Assembly: GCF_001194135.2 (NCBI RefSeq)
Contig: NC_068983.1
Location: forward strand, 70,710,493 to 70,747,453
Length of the DNA stretch: 36,961 nucleotides
Direction of reading: 5' to 3'
Source of the DNA: Octopus bimaculoides
Lineage: Eukaryota
The notes beneath the pieces are model-generated. The model searched no databases. It was not told the DNA's origin and saw nothing but the letters and a program-made list of their open reading frames with translations. The translations under genes were made by a program, and so were the position numbers. This document shows, piece after piece, positions 12,639-24,556 of the stretch. The stretch's first letter is position 1. Each line of letters starts with the position of its first letter.

Positions 12639-14352
12639 GCTGTTATTTTTATTGCCTTTGCACAACATCTAACGCTGGAGATTTACTACAGTGTTAGCTG
12701 TTCACTACCAATGAACTAAGGTAATACCTCTTAATTTTCCGAGCACTTTCCGGAGTATTCGAACCGTTCCAAGCAGTGCTGTTTTCTGCAAGTGCTCCAC
12801 CCTTATTGCAGCCCCTATTTGTTCCATGTGCTTCTCAAGATTTTTGCTCACTGTTCCCAAAGCTCCGACAATTATTGGTACTGCTACTACCTTTTTCATC
12901 GACCATAACTGCTTAACTTCCCAAGCTAACCTGCCATATCTCTCGACATTTCTTTCTTCCTTATCGCATACCTTGTTGTCAGCTGGGCATGCTATATCTA
13001 TGATCCAGCATAGTTTGTGTTTTTTTCTCAATTTAGACTATGCCTGGCTTCCTATTCACTATCTCATGATTGTACTGAATCATAAAATCCTCAAGGATCT
13101 TTGCATTTTTATTGTCGATGATGACTTTGGGTTTGTGGTCGTACAAATGTTTTGCTCTGTCAAGTCCATACTTGTTGCAAAGTGTCCAATGGACAAGCCT
13201 AGTGATATTGTCGTGGCGCCTCTTATATTCCTTCTGAGCTAGTGGTGTACATTGGCTGGTAATGTGTCATACGGTTTCACCATTTCGTCCACAGATTCTG
13301 CATTTATCACTTTCTGATGTGTTGTCTATACTGTATTTTATGTAGTTTTTTCTTGGTGCTTGCTCTTGGGTAGCACAGATTAGAGCCTCCGTTTCCGGTT
13401 TTAAATCATTGTTAGTCATCCATAGCCATCTTTTTCCGCTATTCGTCTTATCTTCAACATCCCTATGAAATTTACCATGCATTCCTTTCTTTACCCACCT
13501 ATTTTCAGTTTCATTCGTTTTCATTTTCCTGTATAGTGTTTTATCTTTGCAGTCTTTTATCCTACACAAGCCTGACGTTCTTACTTCTAATAATACCGGT
13601 TCTGTGGCATTTTGTGCATACCATACTATGTTGTTTTCTACTGCTCTAATGCTGTGTTCGCATCCATAAGTCTTCCTCCCCCTGTTTTTCTTGGTACATA
13701 CAGTCTGACTGTGTCACTCTTTAGGTGGAGTGACCCATATCTAGTCAGTAACTTCTTTGTCTTTCTGTCTAAGCTGGTTAGTTCGTCTACTATCCATGCG
13801 ATTACCCCTGCACCATATCTAAGTAGTCAAACCGCCCAGGTGTTGATAACTTCGATCTTATTCCGTCCGTTTAATTTTGACTTAAGGATCAGTCTCAATC
13901 TGCGCAAGTATTCCACCTTAAATTATTCTGTCATTTCTTTCTCCATCAATCTATTCATTTCCTAAATCCCCAAGTACTTATAACCCGTCTCTTCTATCTG
14001 CTTCATAACCCCGTCCATACATTTGATTTTGCCTCTCTTCAAGTGTACCACACCACACTTTCTCAGTCCGAACTCCATTCCGATATCAGTACTGAAGGTA
14101 TACACCGTATCAACGAGGGAACTGACTTGGGATTCGTCTGTACCATAAAGTTTGAGATCATCCACGAATAACAAATGGTTGACTTTTTGTTGGCGGCTTT
14201 TGAATACATACCCAGCTTTGCTTTACTCAGAATCCAGTGTCAGTGGTATCAAGCACAATACAAAGATCAGTGGGGACAGGCAGTCTCCTTGGAAGATGCC
14301 CCTCCTAGTTTCTACTGTCCCTAAACTTCTTCCGTATACAGTCAGATCTTGT
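12639..14352 (-). mobile_element. 5'-truncated non-LTR retrotransposon, R4/Dong-type (RT + CCHC knuckle + restriction-like endonuclease), disrupted ORF
   Basis: Collinear motifs on the minus strand: RRGIFQGDCLSPL, LFVDDLKLY (RT catalytic), DIGMEFGLRKC, YKYLGI, WLWM..LKPETEALICATQEQ, CRICGRNGETV (zinc knuckle), IIDIACPAD...VPIIVGALG...LQKTALLGT (RLE). Frameshifts and stops are present. Confidence 0.93.
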
Positions 14353-15006
14353 TAAGTAGTCCTTTACTTTTTTCGTCAACACTTTTCGAATGGATGAGGG
14401 TAATGAACGTTTTCATTAAATTGGAATTTTGGTAATTGTCGACAAAGTTGTGTCACGAAGAAGAGTTAGTGCAAGGTTTATGTATTGTTTCGAGTCGATA
14501 ATGATTACAGCGCTACATTTACCAGCTTATTTAATAGTTATATTGTAATCATCCTTGAGACCCACCTGTGACGGACCGGCATCTCGTCCAGATGGAGAAC
14601 TTATAAGGCCAATGAAACCGGGAAACAGGCTCTTATGAGCCAGGCATGCCTCGAGAAGAAACAAACAACAACAAAACATTCTTGAGATCGTTGATGATTT
14701 CCCATTCTTCTCGGTCTATATTTAGTTTGAATATCGGATGTGGTAGTAATTTATAGGAGAGAAATTGTTTACAAAATCACAAAATTTATCCTGAGTTTCG
14801 TTCTTACCTTTTGTCAGATTGTAGTTACCTTTATTATGAAACATTGATTCATCACTGATTTCTATATCAAATAAATCTACAAAATTCCAGGACATCGTTC
14901 TATATTTCGTCAATACTAGAATTGTTTGGTTTTGGTGTGAATTTTAATCCTTTCGGGGAAATTTTAATTTGTTGCGCTCACAGTGTTTTATGTGGAGATT
15001 TATAAC
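14353..15006 (-). mobile_element. Penelope-like element ORF relic (N-terminal / pre-RT region), interrupted by a SINE at 14561-14676
   Basis: Minus strand, joining frames: VINL..KTL*AQQIKISPKGLKFTPKP...NDVLEFCR...SDESMFHNKGNY...LNIDREEWEIINDLKN|DYNITIK*AGKCSAVIIIDSKQYI...KVKDYLT. This matches the PLE pattern NLS...L.KGLKF.PTP and L.KEE..AL..LK...I.IK.ADKG.AVVI. Confidence 0.85.
14561..14676 (+). mobile_element. 5'-truncated SINE 3' end with (AAC)-rich tail and 11-bp target-site duplication
   Basis: Flanked by catccttgaga (14550-14560) and cattcttgaga (14677-14687). Removing the insert plus one copy restores the PLE frame DLKN-DYNITIK. Confidence 0.8.
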
Positions 15007-18000
15007 CTTTGGAATCTTATATTCAGTCTGTGCCATTGTCTTCCTTTCCGTCCATGATGCCAAAACACAAAAAAATGGTTCTCCGGTTTTGGTTCAACGT
15101 ATTAGTATTTCAATTGACCACTCTTCTGCACAACCTTGTTCCATTGTAGATTCTTGGTTGCCCTCCCTAAAGATGTCGTAATTGTTATTAGTTTTGATGT
15201 GAAGAATCAGTTGTGGTTGGTCTTCTCTAAAGTGATCATTGCAGTTAAAATTTTTCGTGTGTAGTGCCATCCCTGATTTGGAGAGTTGTTGCATCTCGAA
15301 CGAGAGAGAGAGAGAGTTCCGTTTTTTTTTCCGGCAAAACCATTTGCAATATATAAGGAGTAGTTTGTTTTGAGGGAAACGGATTTTTGTTGGTCCAGAA
15401 AGAGTTGTTTCTCCGTTTAGATGCTCTGGAATTGGTATTATTCCCACTGAGTTATGATGAGCGCTTGGGATATTTTTCGATTATGGCTTTGCTGTGGGGC
15501 GTGTGGGATCTGTGATGTTTCATTCTCTTCAAGAATGGGTTATCAGGCTCAGAGTGTTCTGTAAATTTTGCTTCATAGTAACTAAGCTAGTCATTATATT
15601 TTCCCCACCTTCGAAGAGCAATTACTTATTTGTTCGCGGAAGTTGTTAAAATGTTCCCCTTCAGTCTTCTTAGCAATTTCTTAATGGGAATTAGTTGACC
15701 AACACGGATCTATATTAACTTCTTCTTAGGGGTGATGGGAAAAAAGTGTAAACGTGTATATATATATATACATAGATGTGTGAGTAGGCATACGTATTAA
15801 TGTGTTCGTGCAGATACATATGTGTGCATATATGCGTATATACGTATATGTGCAGGTATTTGTGTGCGCGTAGATGTATGTATATGTGCAAATATATGCG
15901 TGTATCTGTGTGTATATATTGTTGTGTCGACACACCCAGACGATGAAGTAGGCTCACCCAATACATAGGTATAGAGGGAGAAGTCTAGACGTCGAGTTGT
16001 TGAGTAGAGGTCATCCGAAAGTGCGATATAATATATATATGGACGTACCGATGTATATGTGTATATGTAAGCGTGCGTACTTGCATATATGCAAAGTTTC
16101 TTAACATTATTTATACCTTGTGAATCAATATTCCATTCTTACCTTATTTATATTTAAATTTTCTCTATTATCTCTATTTAATTCATTAATTTATTACTCT
16201 AATTCTATTTACCTACTCTATCTTATCTCCAATCAATCTGCAAACCTCTCGCCCGAACATATAAAAATACAAATCATAAACAGTATCATTCAGGCTGCTA
16301 TAATGAATCCGTAAAGACATAAAACATCTAAGGGTATATTTATTTTTCCTCTGGAGTTATTATGCTCAGATCATATGAGTTTAATATTTAATGAATATTT
16401 ACTGAGTATTAATTTAAACAGCTGTAAGGGCTGATGATTGATTTGTTGCTAATAATAAACAATTATTAACTTCCCAATCTCCATTTCCTTTTTCGTCTTT
16501 TATATATATATATATATATACATTTGTCTTCCTGTATGTAGGTAGGTGATTATATATGTATGTATATTGCGTTTTACAAATTGACGCCAGTTTATATTAT
16601 ATTGATTTATTATACTTAAACCCAAACTTCTATTCATTTACAAACGCGCATCAAATTTATCATGCTGTTTGACGTCCACGAGAAATCCTCTTTAATCAAT
16701 AAATAGGAATTGTTGAGTGAGTTTGGTAACAGCAGAATGGGCGCGATGGTCTCAATGCATTGTAGGATATAATATACATACAAGCACATACATATATGCT
16801 CTTACGACTTCAGTAGGAGCTCATGTTACGTTGAAGCTGAGTTTCCCTTTTGCCCTTGAGATACAATTTAATATGGGCACATTTTAGTTTAAGTGGACCT
16901 TTTTTAACCTTGACGATGACTTTTTATTTATTTTTTTTTTACTTTTGAAAAAGAAAAACGATGGTTTAAGAATTTATATTCTGAACTCCTGAAATATTGA
17001 ATCTGGAACTTATTTTTTTAAATTTTTAATCAAGAATTGATTTGCATTAAACCATTTACAGCTGCGTTCTATTTATTTTCTCTTAATACATGAGTTCATG
17101 AATGAAAAAAAATATATATTTTATTAAATACAAATATATGTCGTTTATATTTTCAGTGAATAAATACATTTTGTCTGCATTTGTAATTACATAGTCATCT
17201 TTAACATATTAAACAACACAAGTAAAACTACACAATACTAATACTTTCATTATTAAACGCACACACTTTCATTGTTTTAGTGACTAATACAGCTATTACA
17301 AGATCTCCGTGTTCTTTATCCATGTAATTCATACGTAAATATATTTATAAAGCATTGAATTAAGAATTCATTATTACATATTTGTTTACTTTTTATGTTG
17401 TTTAAAAAAATTCATTGTGTAAAAAGAATTTCTGATTCTTTGATGTTCAAAACATAAAATTTCGAAGAGAGTTTTATTATTATAGAAACAACAAAAAAAT
17501 CGACAGAATTTTTTTTACAATCCAAATATGTGTCGAAGTAAGAAGCAGACGATATCTGCTAATAAATTGGCTCTCCTTACTTTCAGAAATTAATATGTGA
17601 CTTTGAATCAATACTAGCAATTACAAGGTTTGAGCTTTTGCTTTGTTAGTTCTAATGACTATTGTAGTAACCGCTTTTTAAAGAATATCTGCTGCTAGAT
17701 AAGAACATACGAAATAATAGTAATGCTCTTGATAGATATGTTAGAGCCTAGAATTTCAAAGAGAATGACTGGGTGGGTAAAAGTATTAGCGTGCCTATTC
17801 ATGGACATCATTTCAAATAAATCCTCTGCTGGTGCTTTGGATTATTGTATATGAAGACCGAAGATTTTATTTTATATACTATCACAGGTGTTCTAGCGGT
17901 TGAAGTACTTATCAGACTATCTGGGAATGATATCTGTGTTTAAAAAAACCCACTATGACCGAAAATAAACACTTACAAACCCGTATGAATGAGTTTCTCG

Positions 18001-18304
18001 ACCAGCTATTTGTAGCAGCAAAGTTCCCACCAGAATATCTTTAAAATGGAAAGCTACATTGGATAGTGTTAGTTTCAGATATGTTCACCAAACATAAAAT
18101 GAAATTAACATGGTTGAAAGGTTAGGCTATAGATCTACCTTGATCAGAGCTGACCTAAGTTTAAACAATAATTAATGGTCTCATAACGCAAGAAAGAAGA
18201 AATAATAGGTATACTTCAAATATTTTACTTGCATTTAATAGTCTCCAAATGCAACAAGATTTTGGTTAGATAAGTGTATAATTGGCGTTCAATTTTTTAA
18301 AAAG

Positions 18305-18341
<37 letters not shown>

Positions 18342-18861
18342 CGTTATTAAAGATAATGTAGTGGATATCAGTTGCAAGTAGTATAGAAATTTGTGTAATG
18401 TCTGTCTTAGATCACTAGTGTTTTTTTGTTCGTATTACAGTCAGCAATGTACTATTGTTGCTGCGTGTACTTTTAACGCATGTCAGCTCTCATCAAGAGA
18501 AATTCGACAACAACCAACCTATCGCTTTTGCATATCGAGGACTATATATAATGCCTTATGTCCTTTTTGTTAAAATCTCCGAGTGGGATTTAATTTACAT
18601 TTGAATGCTATTTCTACATGACCAGCGTTCATGTTGGCTTGGTATTATATATTGTAAATATATATTGGTGTCGTAAGTAGTAGATCACCGGCCTAAAGGT
18701 ATTAAATGATTTAATTTTGTTGTCATCATTTTCAACATCAGCTTGTCAAGTCCATTAACAATGCGCATGTAATACTGGGTTTAAAGAATTTTATCATTGC
18801 CTCCCACTTTCTTTCAATTACTGACCTTTTCACAAGGGATAGCAGAAATTTTATATTCGAA

Positions 18862-18920
18862 ATTCAAACACCATAGGGATCTACTTTGCCTTCGATCTAG
18901 GGTCGATAAAATAAATACCA
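18862..18920 (+). mobile_element. Short SINE fragment (core of the 12391 family)
   Basis: attcaaa...ctactttgccttc...ggtcgataaaataaatacca matches the SINE core. Confidence 0.55.
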
Positions 18921-20159
18921 TTAATATATTGTACAACTGAATTTTCTACACATTACCTCTTTAATTTTGTAACCTTTGCCGTTCTAAATAATCCATATAA
19001 TAGCTTTTATCCTTAAATGTGCTGTTATACACATATGAAATTAAACAAAAATTGTTTGTTTTACTATGAGCATGAGAAAAGCTAGTGCCCTGCACTCCTC
19101 TAAAGAGACATAGATATAAAATCGTGATGTTATACCAGGTGTCGGACTATTTCTGCTCTCAATAACAGATAAAGTCCATCCAAAGGGATTTTGCTCAGTT
19201 CTTCTTCACCCAATTTTATTGACAAAGTTCTAGTTCACTAAAGGTTATTCGTACACTTGCATAATATTCACTTGAATCGATCCCAGAAAAATATGATTTT
19301 AAAGCGATGTGAGCTTCTTAAATATCTGTGAAAACGTTATATCAAATTTTGACCTGCATAGAGATATACTTCTCCGATTTCGAAATATTCCACACCCAAT
19401 TTAATTACATTCCTCCTCTGTGAATGTTAATTCAGACTAAAACATTAATATTGGGAATTCCGGACTAATTATTCAGATAGGCTTATCTGTATAACCGTGT
19501 TGGTTTTATGAATCTCTTAATATATGTACCTTCACGAGAGGCAGCTATCTTGCTATTAACTAGACAACAGCTAAAATCAAATATAAATTCACATATGATC
19601 AATGGTGGTTTTATTAATTCTATATTATTCATTTTCATCGACATAATTTGAATGCGAAAGATAAAAATTTAATCAAGTGATATTTCTTATATTTTATGCA
19701 ATAAATATGTGTTCTGATAAATGAATGATAGAATACTATTTAAGCTTGTCGCCTCAAAACTGTTTACTCGACGGTGGATATTTATTATAACGCAAGACGA
19801 TATATTTGTTATAAAGCGTTAAAATATAGATGCATATTAAATATACATATATTACAACTAACAAACATGTCTGTAATCCCATGTAAGATAATATATAAAA
19901 CTCTTCTAGCTACTACTGTAAAAGTTGACAAGTCAAGATATATGTTCAAAAGAGTACATTGCAATGCAAATTGGGAAACAAAACATTCCATTTCATTTTT
20001 GTTTTATTAAAGAACGATTTATTATACTGCATCACAATTTTTGGGAGGAAGCATATCGAATAAAACTACCACACTACCTATCAAGCTAGCTATCTTGCTG
20101 TATATATATTTATGTGTGCGTGCGTGTATGTACGTATTCATGTAAGACACGACATACAC

Positions 20160-20595
20160 ATCAGGGGCACAGTGGCAGGTCGTAAACTGAAACGTAATTC
20201 ACCCCTTCCATCTATAGACTGGGGTGGTACCACAGGTAAATGCTAGCAACCCATTATCCTCCCGTACCAGGGATATGGTGGAAACGTCGACAGCAAAACG
20301 TTGGATAACCGACAAGGCAGAGGATTCCTAGACCAATGGCTTGAAAGTCATTGCAGTCAAGCGGAAGATCTGTACCCTCAGACAACAGTTGGGTATCAGC
20401 TAGAAAGTGAGCTGCTACTGCGAGGCAATCTCATCATTGATCATGCTTGTAGCACTCTTGTACATCACGTGCTACCTGATGTGGAGGCCAAGAGTGGGAG
20501 TCTGGTGGGAAGGGGGTCGATGCCAACTGCCTTATTCGCCGTCCAAGGCGTTTTGTTTACATAAGCTATCAAGAGAAGAGACAACGTCGACCTGC
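20160..20595. mobile_element. GC-richer dispersed-repeat-like segment, possibly the 5' UTR of an RTE-type LINE
   Basis: Clearly higher GC than its flanks and bounded by AT/TG microsatellite-like sequence. The phrasing (ggataaccgacaaggcag) reminds me of RTE 5' UTRs, but there is no endonuclease or RT motif. Confidence 0.3.
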
Positions 20596-21012
20596 GACAG
20601 ACAAGCATATGTATGTTGTTTTTTTTAGTTAACAAAGCCGCAAGAATATTTGAGTTAAGAGAGTTCCTGTGTTTGTAAACATATAGTTCAGTTGGTAAGT
20701 CGGTTGAACTATCGATGCATACACCCAAGTCTGTGCATCTTTTCGCATAAGAAACTCACATGGAAAATTTTTCGAATGTTTATAAATCTTTACTGTGCCA
20801 TCAAAAGATTGAATTTGGAGAATCCACTTCAGCTACTTTTACACTTTCTTCATGAAACCGAGCATTTCCGTTTTGGGGGTTGAGGGAAGGGGCAAATTCG
20901 TTGCCACATAACCTAATGCACTTATGATGACTGGTATAAAGGAAAATTAATTGTAAGTGTAGAAGCGCTGTATGTTCCGCATTAATTTATATNNNNNNNN
21001 NNTATATATATA

Positions 21013-21876
21013 CAGGAGGCGATGAGTAAATTGTTGCCATTTTATATTTAATTTCACTCATGTGCATTGTTTGTTTTCGATTTTGTTGACTACACAGTAT
21101 AGTAGGATCAGATGGGCACCGTCTGTAAGAAAACAGTACCCTGACGCAATTCATTGTGCTATAAATTTGGGAAAATGACATCCTGCATTGCTTGGCATTC
21201 GCGCCGGAAGTTCCAATACGAGCATTTTAGAGTGTTTAGGTGTTAATCTGAGGACATGTACCGAGAGTGATAAAATTCAAACATGCCGTGAACATCATGT
21301 TGATTGGAGTGATCATTAATGATGGCGACGTTATGCTTCTATTCGTCTTCCCACACGGTCTCAGACTCAACACGAAGGTCTACATCAAATACCTGGAGGA
21401 AGTAGTGCTGTCCAGTGTCATGAGGGTGGCTGCTGGAAGACCTTATGTCTGGCAACAGGACGCTGCATCATGCCACACAAGCAGGAGGACCCAGTCATGG
21501 CAGTCAGACAATTTCTGTGACTACCTTACCCCTAAAATCTCGCCACCTAACACCCCAGACTGCAACTCCCTTGATTATTATATGACACGCAATTGAGCGG
21601 GAAACCAACAAAAAATCCTTGTAACACCAAAGATGAACTGAAAGCAAGGATTATGTCAGCATTCACCAACTTAAACAGGGAGACCACCCAGAAGAGTTGC
21701 AGGAGATTCTGAAGCCGTCTGGAAGCCGTGGTTGAGGCCAACAGTAATTTTATTGAATAAATTTACTCATTAGTATTTCAAGATGTTTTTATGTAATTTT
21801 GATAAATATATCTGTTAAAATATCAGTATTATTTTCATTTTTGCGTAATTTAGACGACAATATATTCACCACACTG
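21013..21876 (+). mobile_element. Internally deleted Tc1/mariner transposon, maT (DD37D) family
   Basis: TA-adjacent imperfect TIRs (caggaggcgatgagtaaattgttgcc / gacgacaatatattcaccacactg). ORF 21267-21596 reads ...YVWQQDAASCHTS...SPPNTPDCNSLDYY, with 37 residues between the QQD and LDY aspartates. The N-terminus is joined directly to the catalytic region near 21255. Confidence 0.9.
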
Positions 21877-22289
21877 TGTATATATGTCCATACGTTGTAT
21901 TGTTTGATTACTTGTCTTAGTATTCATTCTTCAGGACAGATTTTCATTGCACAGACATATTTGGGTCTGTTCAGTTGATTATTCTAATAGCAAGAGTGAT
22001 CTTGTGTACAGGAAAAAAATTCAACATTATAATGAATAACGTTTGTCAGAACACACTTACTTTGGTTTATCCACCTTCATACGAAATGTAAAGAAATTAA
22101 TATATCGCCTGTTAAGATATATTTACATATACATGACTACGTGTATAGATAAATTGTTTAAAAAAAACTAAATTAAAAAAGTCAAATACACTATTTTCCT
22201 GAAAACTTAAAAATAGAAAACCCGACCTTGTTAAAGTGGTATTATTTAGCATTTGCAACTGCATTCGCACGCACGCTCACGCGCCCCCA

Positions 22290-22354
<65 letters not shown>
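22290..22354. repeat. (ATCT)n microsatellite abutting a gap
   Basis: Direct reading. Confidence 0.95.
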
Positions 22355-22355
<1 letters not shown>

Positions 22356-22357
22356 TT

Positions 22358-23142
22358 NNNNNNNNNNNNNNNNNNNNNNNNNNNNNNNNNNNNNNNNNNN
22401 NNNNNNNNNNNNNNNNNNNNNNNNNNNNNNNNNNNNNNNNNNNNNNNNNNNNNNNNNNNNNNNNNNNNNNNNNNNNNNNNNNNNNNNNNNNNNNNNNNNN
22501 NNNNNNNNNNNNNNNNNNNNNNNNNNNNNNNNNNNNNNNNNNNNNNNNNNNNNNNNNNNNNNNNNNNNNNNNNNNNNNNNNNNNNNNNNNNNNNNNNNNN
22601 NNNNNNNNNNNNNNNNNNNNNNNNNNNNNNNNNNNNNNNNNNNNNNNNNNNNNNNNNNNNNNNNNNNNNNNNNNNNNNNNNNNNNNNNNNNNNNNNNNNN
22701 NNNNNNNNNNNNNNNNNNNNNNNNNNNNNNNNNNNNNNNNNNNNNNNNNNNNNNNNNNNNNNNNNNNNNNNNNNNNNNNNNNNNNNNNNNNNNNNNNNNN
22801 NNNNNNNNNNNNNNNNNNNNNNNNNNNNNNNNNNNNNNNNNNNNNNNNNNNNNNNNNNNNNNNNNNNNNNNNNNNNNNNNNNNNNNNNNNNNNNNNNNNN
22901 NNNNNNNNNNNNNNNNNNNNNNNNNNNNNNNNNNNNNNNNNNNNNNNNNNNNNNNNNNNNNNNNNNNNNNNNNNNNNNNNNNNNNNNNNNNNNNNNNNNN
23001 NNNNNNNNNNNNNNNNNNNNNNNNNNNNNNNNNNNNNNNNNNNNNNNNNNNNNNNNNNNNNNNNNNNNNNNNNNNNNNNNNNNNNNNNNNNNNNNNNNNN
23101 NNNNNNNNNNNNNNNNNNNNNNNNNNNNNNNNNNNNNNNNNN
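22358..23142. other. Assembly gap (N run)
   Basis: N run. Confidence 1.
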
Positions 23143-23326
23143 ATCATCATAAATATACAGGGATTAGCATTGAGTTGCTTCTCCAACATACTGAAAATTT
23201 AGAAATAGCAGTCAAAGAACTACTGATTCTAAACTACAAATTTTTCTATAAATGGATGGCGATATTTATGACACACATAGAACAAAAAACCAGAGTGAAA
23301 AGCAAAAACAAACCTGCCTTTAGTTA

Positions 23327-23384
23327 ATTGGATACGAACGTTTCGCGGTTAAGATATTAATCTATTCCGACTCTTCAGCCCAAT
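23327..23384 (-). ncRNA. Type I hammerhead ribozyme fold, core intact
   Basis: RNA: AUUGGG CUGAAGA G-U-CGG AAUAGAUUAAUAUCUUAA CCG-C GAAAC GUUC GUA UCCAAU. It has the CUGANGA and GAAA core, G10.1-C11.1, stem III AC/GU, a GUA cleavage triplet, and a 6-bp stem I (AUUGGG/UCCAAU). Confidence 0.75.
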
Positions 23385-23896
23385 ATTCTGATAAATTTGA
23401 AAGTGTCTCTAAAAATTCAGGGTAATTTCTGGCCATGCGACACCAAAAACTAACGAGAATAAAAGGCACTTACGAATTCATCGGCTAGTGAGTTCAGGCA
23501 TCCCACCTCAAAAGAAATCCATTCCATGTGCGTCACAAATAGTCCCGTATGAAAAATGCATATGTCGCTGAACTCCCCAGACCTAGGAACCAATAATTAT
23601 CATCCTAGCATGATATTACCAATGAAAAAAATCATTCAGTATCAGTATATGTAATTCCCATAAAACATGGACCCTTTAACATGTGCAACCTTACGGGAAT
23701 GAAAGGTAATTCAGTATAACGAAACCCCACACGTGAATGCACGCATACATGTAGATACAAGCAGCAATTAGACAAAGAAATTCTTAGGTATCCAGCTTAT
23801 TATTATTTTCAGTATTGTAAAATTCGACACCGCTTAACAAAACCATTTGCACGTAAGGCACATGAAGTTCTTAAATTTGACTGAAAGGAGCAGGTT

Positions 23897-23970
23897 GGTT
23901 CGCTGGTGTAATTGGTAACGCACTTAGTAGCGTTAACAAAGTGATGTGGGTTCGAGTTCAACGCGTTCGG
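23897..23970 (+). mobile_element. tRNA-derived SINE head or tRNA pseudogene (5' half similar to tRNA-Gln)
   Basis: A box tggtgtaattggta, D arm gtgt/acgc, and B box ggttcgagttc. Acceptor and anticodon arms are broken, so this is not a functional tRNA. Confidence 0.6.
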
Positions 23971-24421
23971 GAAAGCATACTTTTCTCTGTCGTGGGTTTA
24001 TATGCCCTATTATTAGACTATTTTCTTTAGCCATTTGCATGGTGATCGCTATAAGCTATAAGCTTATAAGAGATTTGAAACTGTTTTACTCATTAAGAGA
24101 TCAGTGACTGTCACTTCTATATTTATATACTGTGAGTAGAGTCGAGTAAGATGCTGTCTCTAGCTGGCGTTTGCCCAGTACCGATGACAGGAAATTACCC
24201 AGAAGCCATTGAACTGTTCGTACTGCTAGTGGCTAAGAAGGAGTATTACGCTTCCTTGCTCACAGTATATTTCAGAAATAGGTTCTGTGTCGATAACCTG
24301 CTGGAAAAGCTGTTTTCCTGAAGTTAAAAGATATTAACGTGGTCCTACGCAGGACTGCCACCTTGCTTTGGCAAATAGATTTTACTATGCAGTATAGTTA
24401 CTACTTAGGTCTCATTGAGAG

Positions 24422-24501
24422 AATAATGATAATAATAATAATAATAATATTAATAATAATAATAAATATTATCATTATTATTATTATTATTATCATTATT
24501 A

Positions 24502-24555
<54 letters not shown>
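24422..24555. repeat. (AAT)n switching to (ATT)n microsatellite
   Basis: Direct reading; orientation flips near 24465. Confidence 0.95.

Positions 24556-24556
<1 letters not shown>

Noticed and set aside
12826-13965. Plus-strand ORFs of 138 and 117 aa
   Set aside because: They are antisense shadows of the minus-strand LINE ORF.
15094-15447. 117-aa minus-strand ORF upstream of the PLE motifs
   Set aside because: No recognisable motif; probably decayed PLE N-terminus or 5' region, so it is not called separately.
15940-16025. cgatgaag...ccgaaag near the PLE 5' side as a hammerhead
   Set aside because: The core is incomplete, the spacing is long, it is on the opposite strand to the PLE ORF, and no stem I or III is evident.
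20219-20290. HDV-like ribozyme at the start of the GC-rich insert
   Set aside because: The P2/P3/P1/P4 order could not be satisfied; only a simple pseudoknot potential is retained as a finding.
23897-23970. Functional tRNA gene
   Set aside because: The acceptor stem has three mismatches and the anticodon arm is non-canonical.
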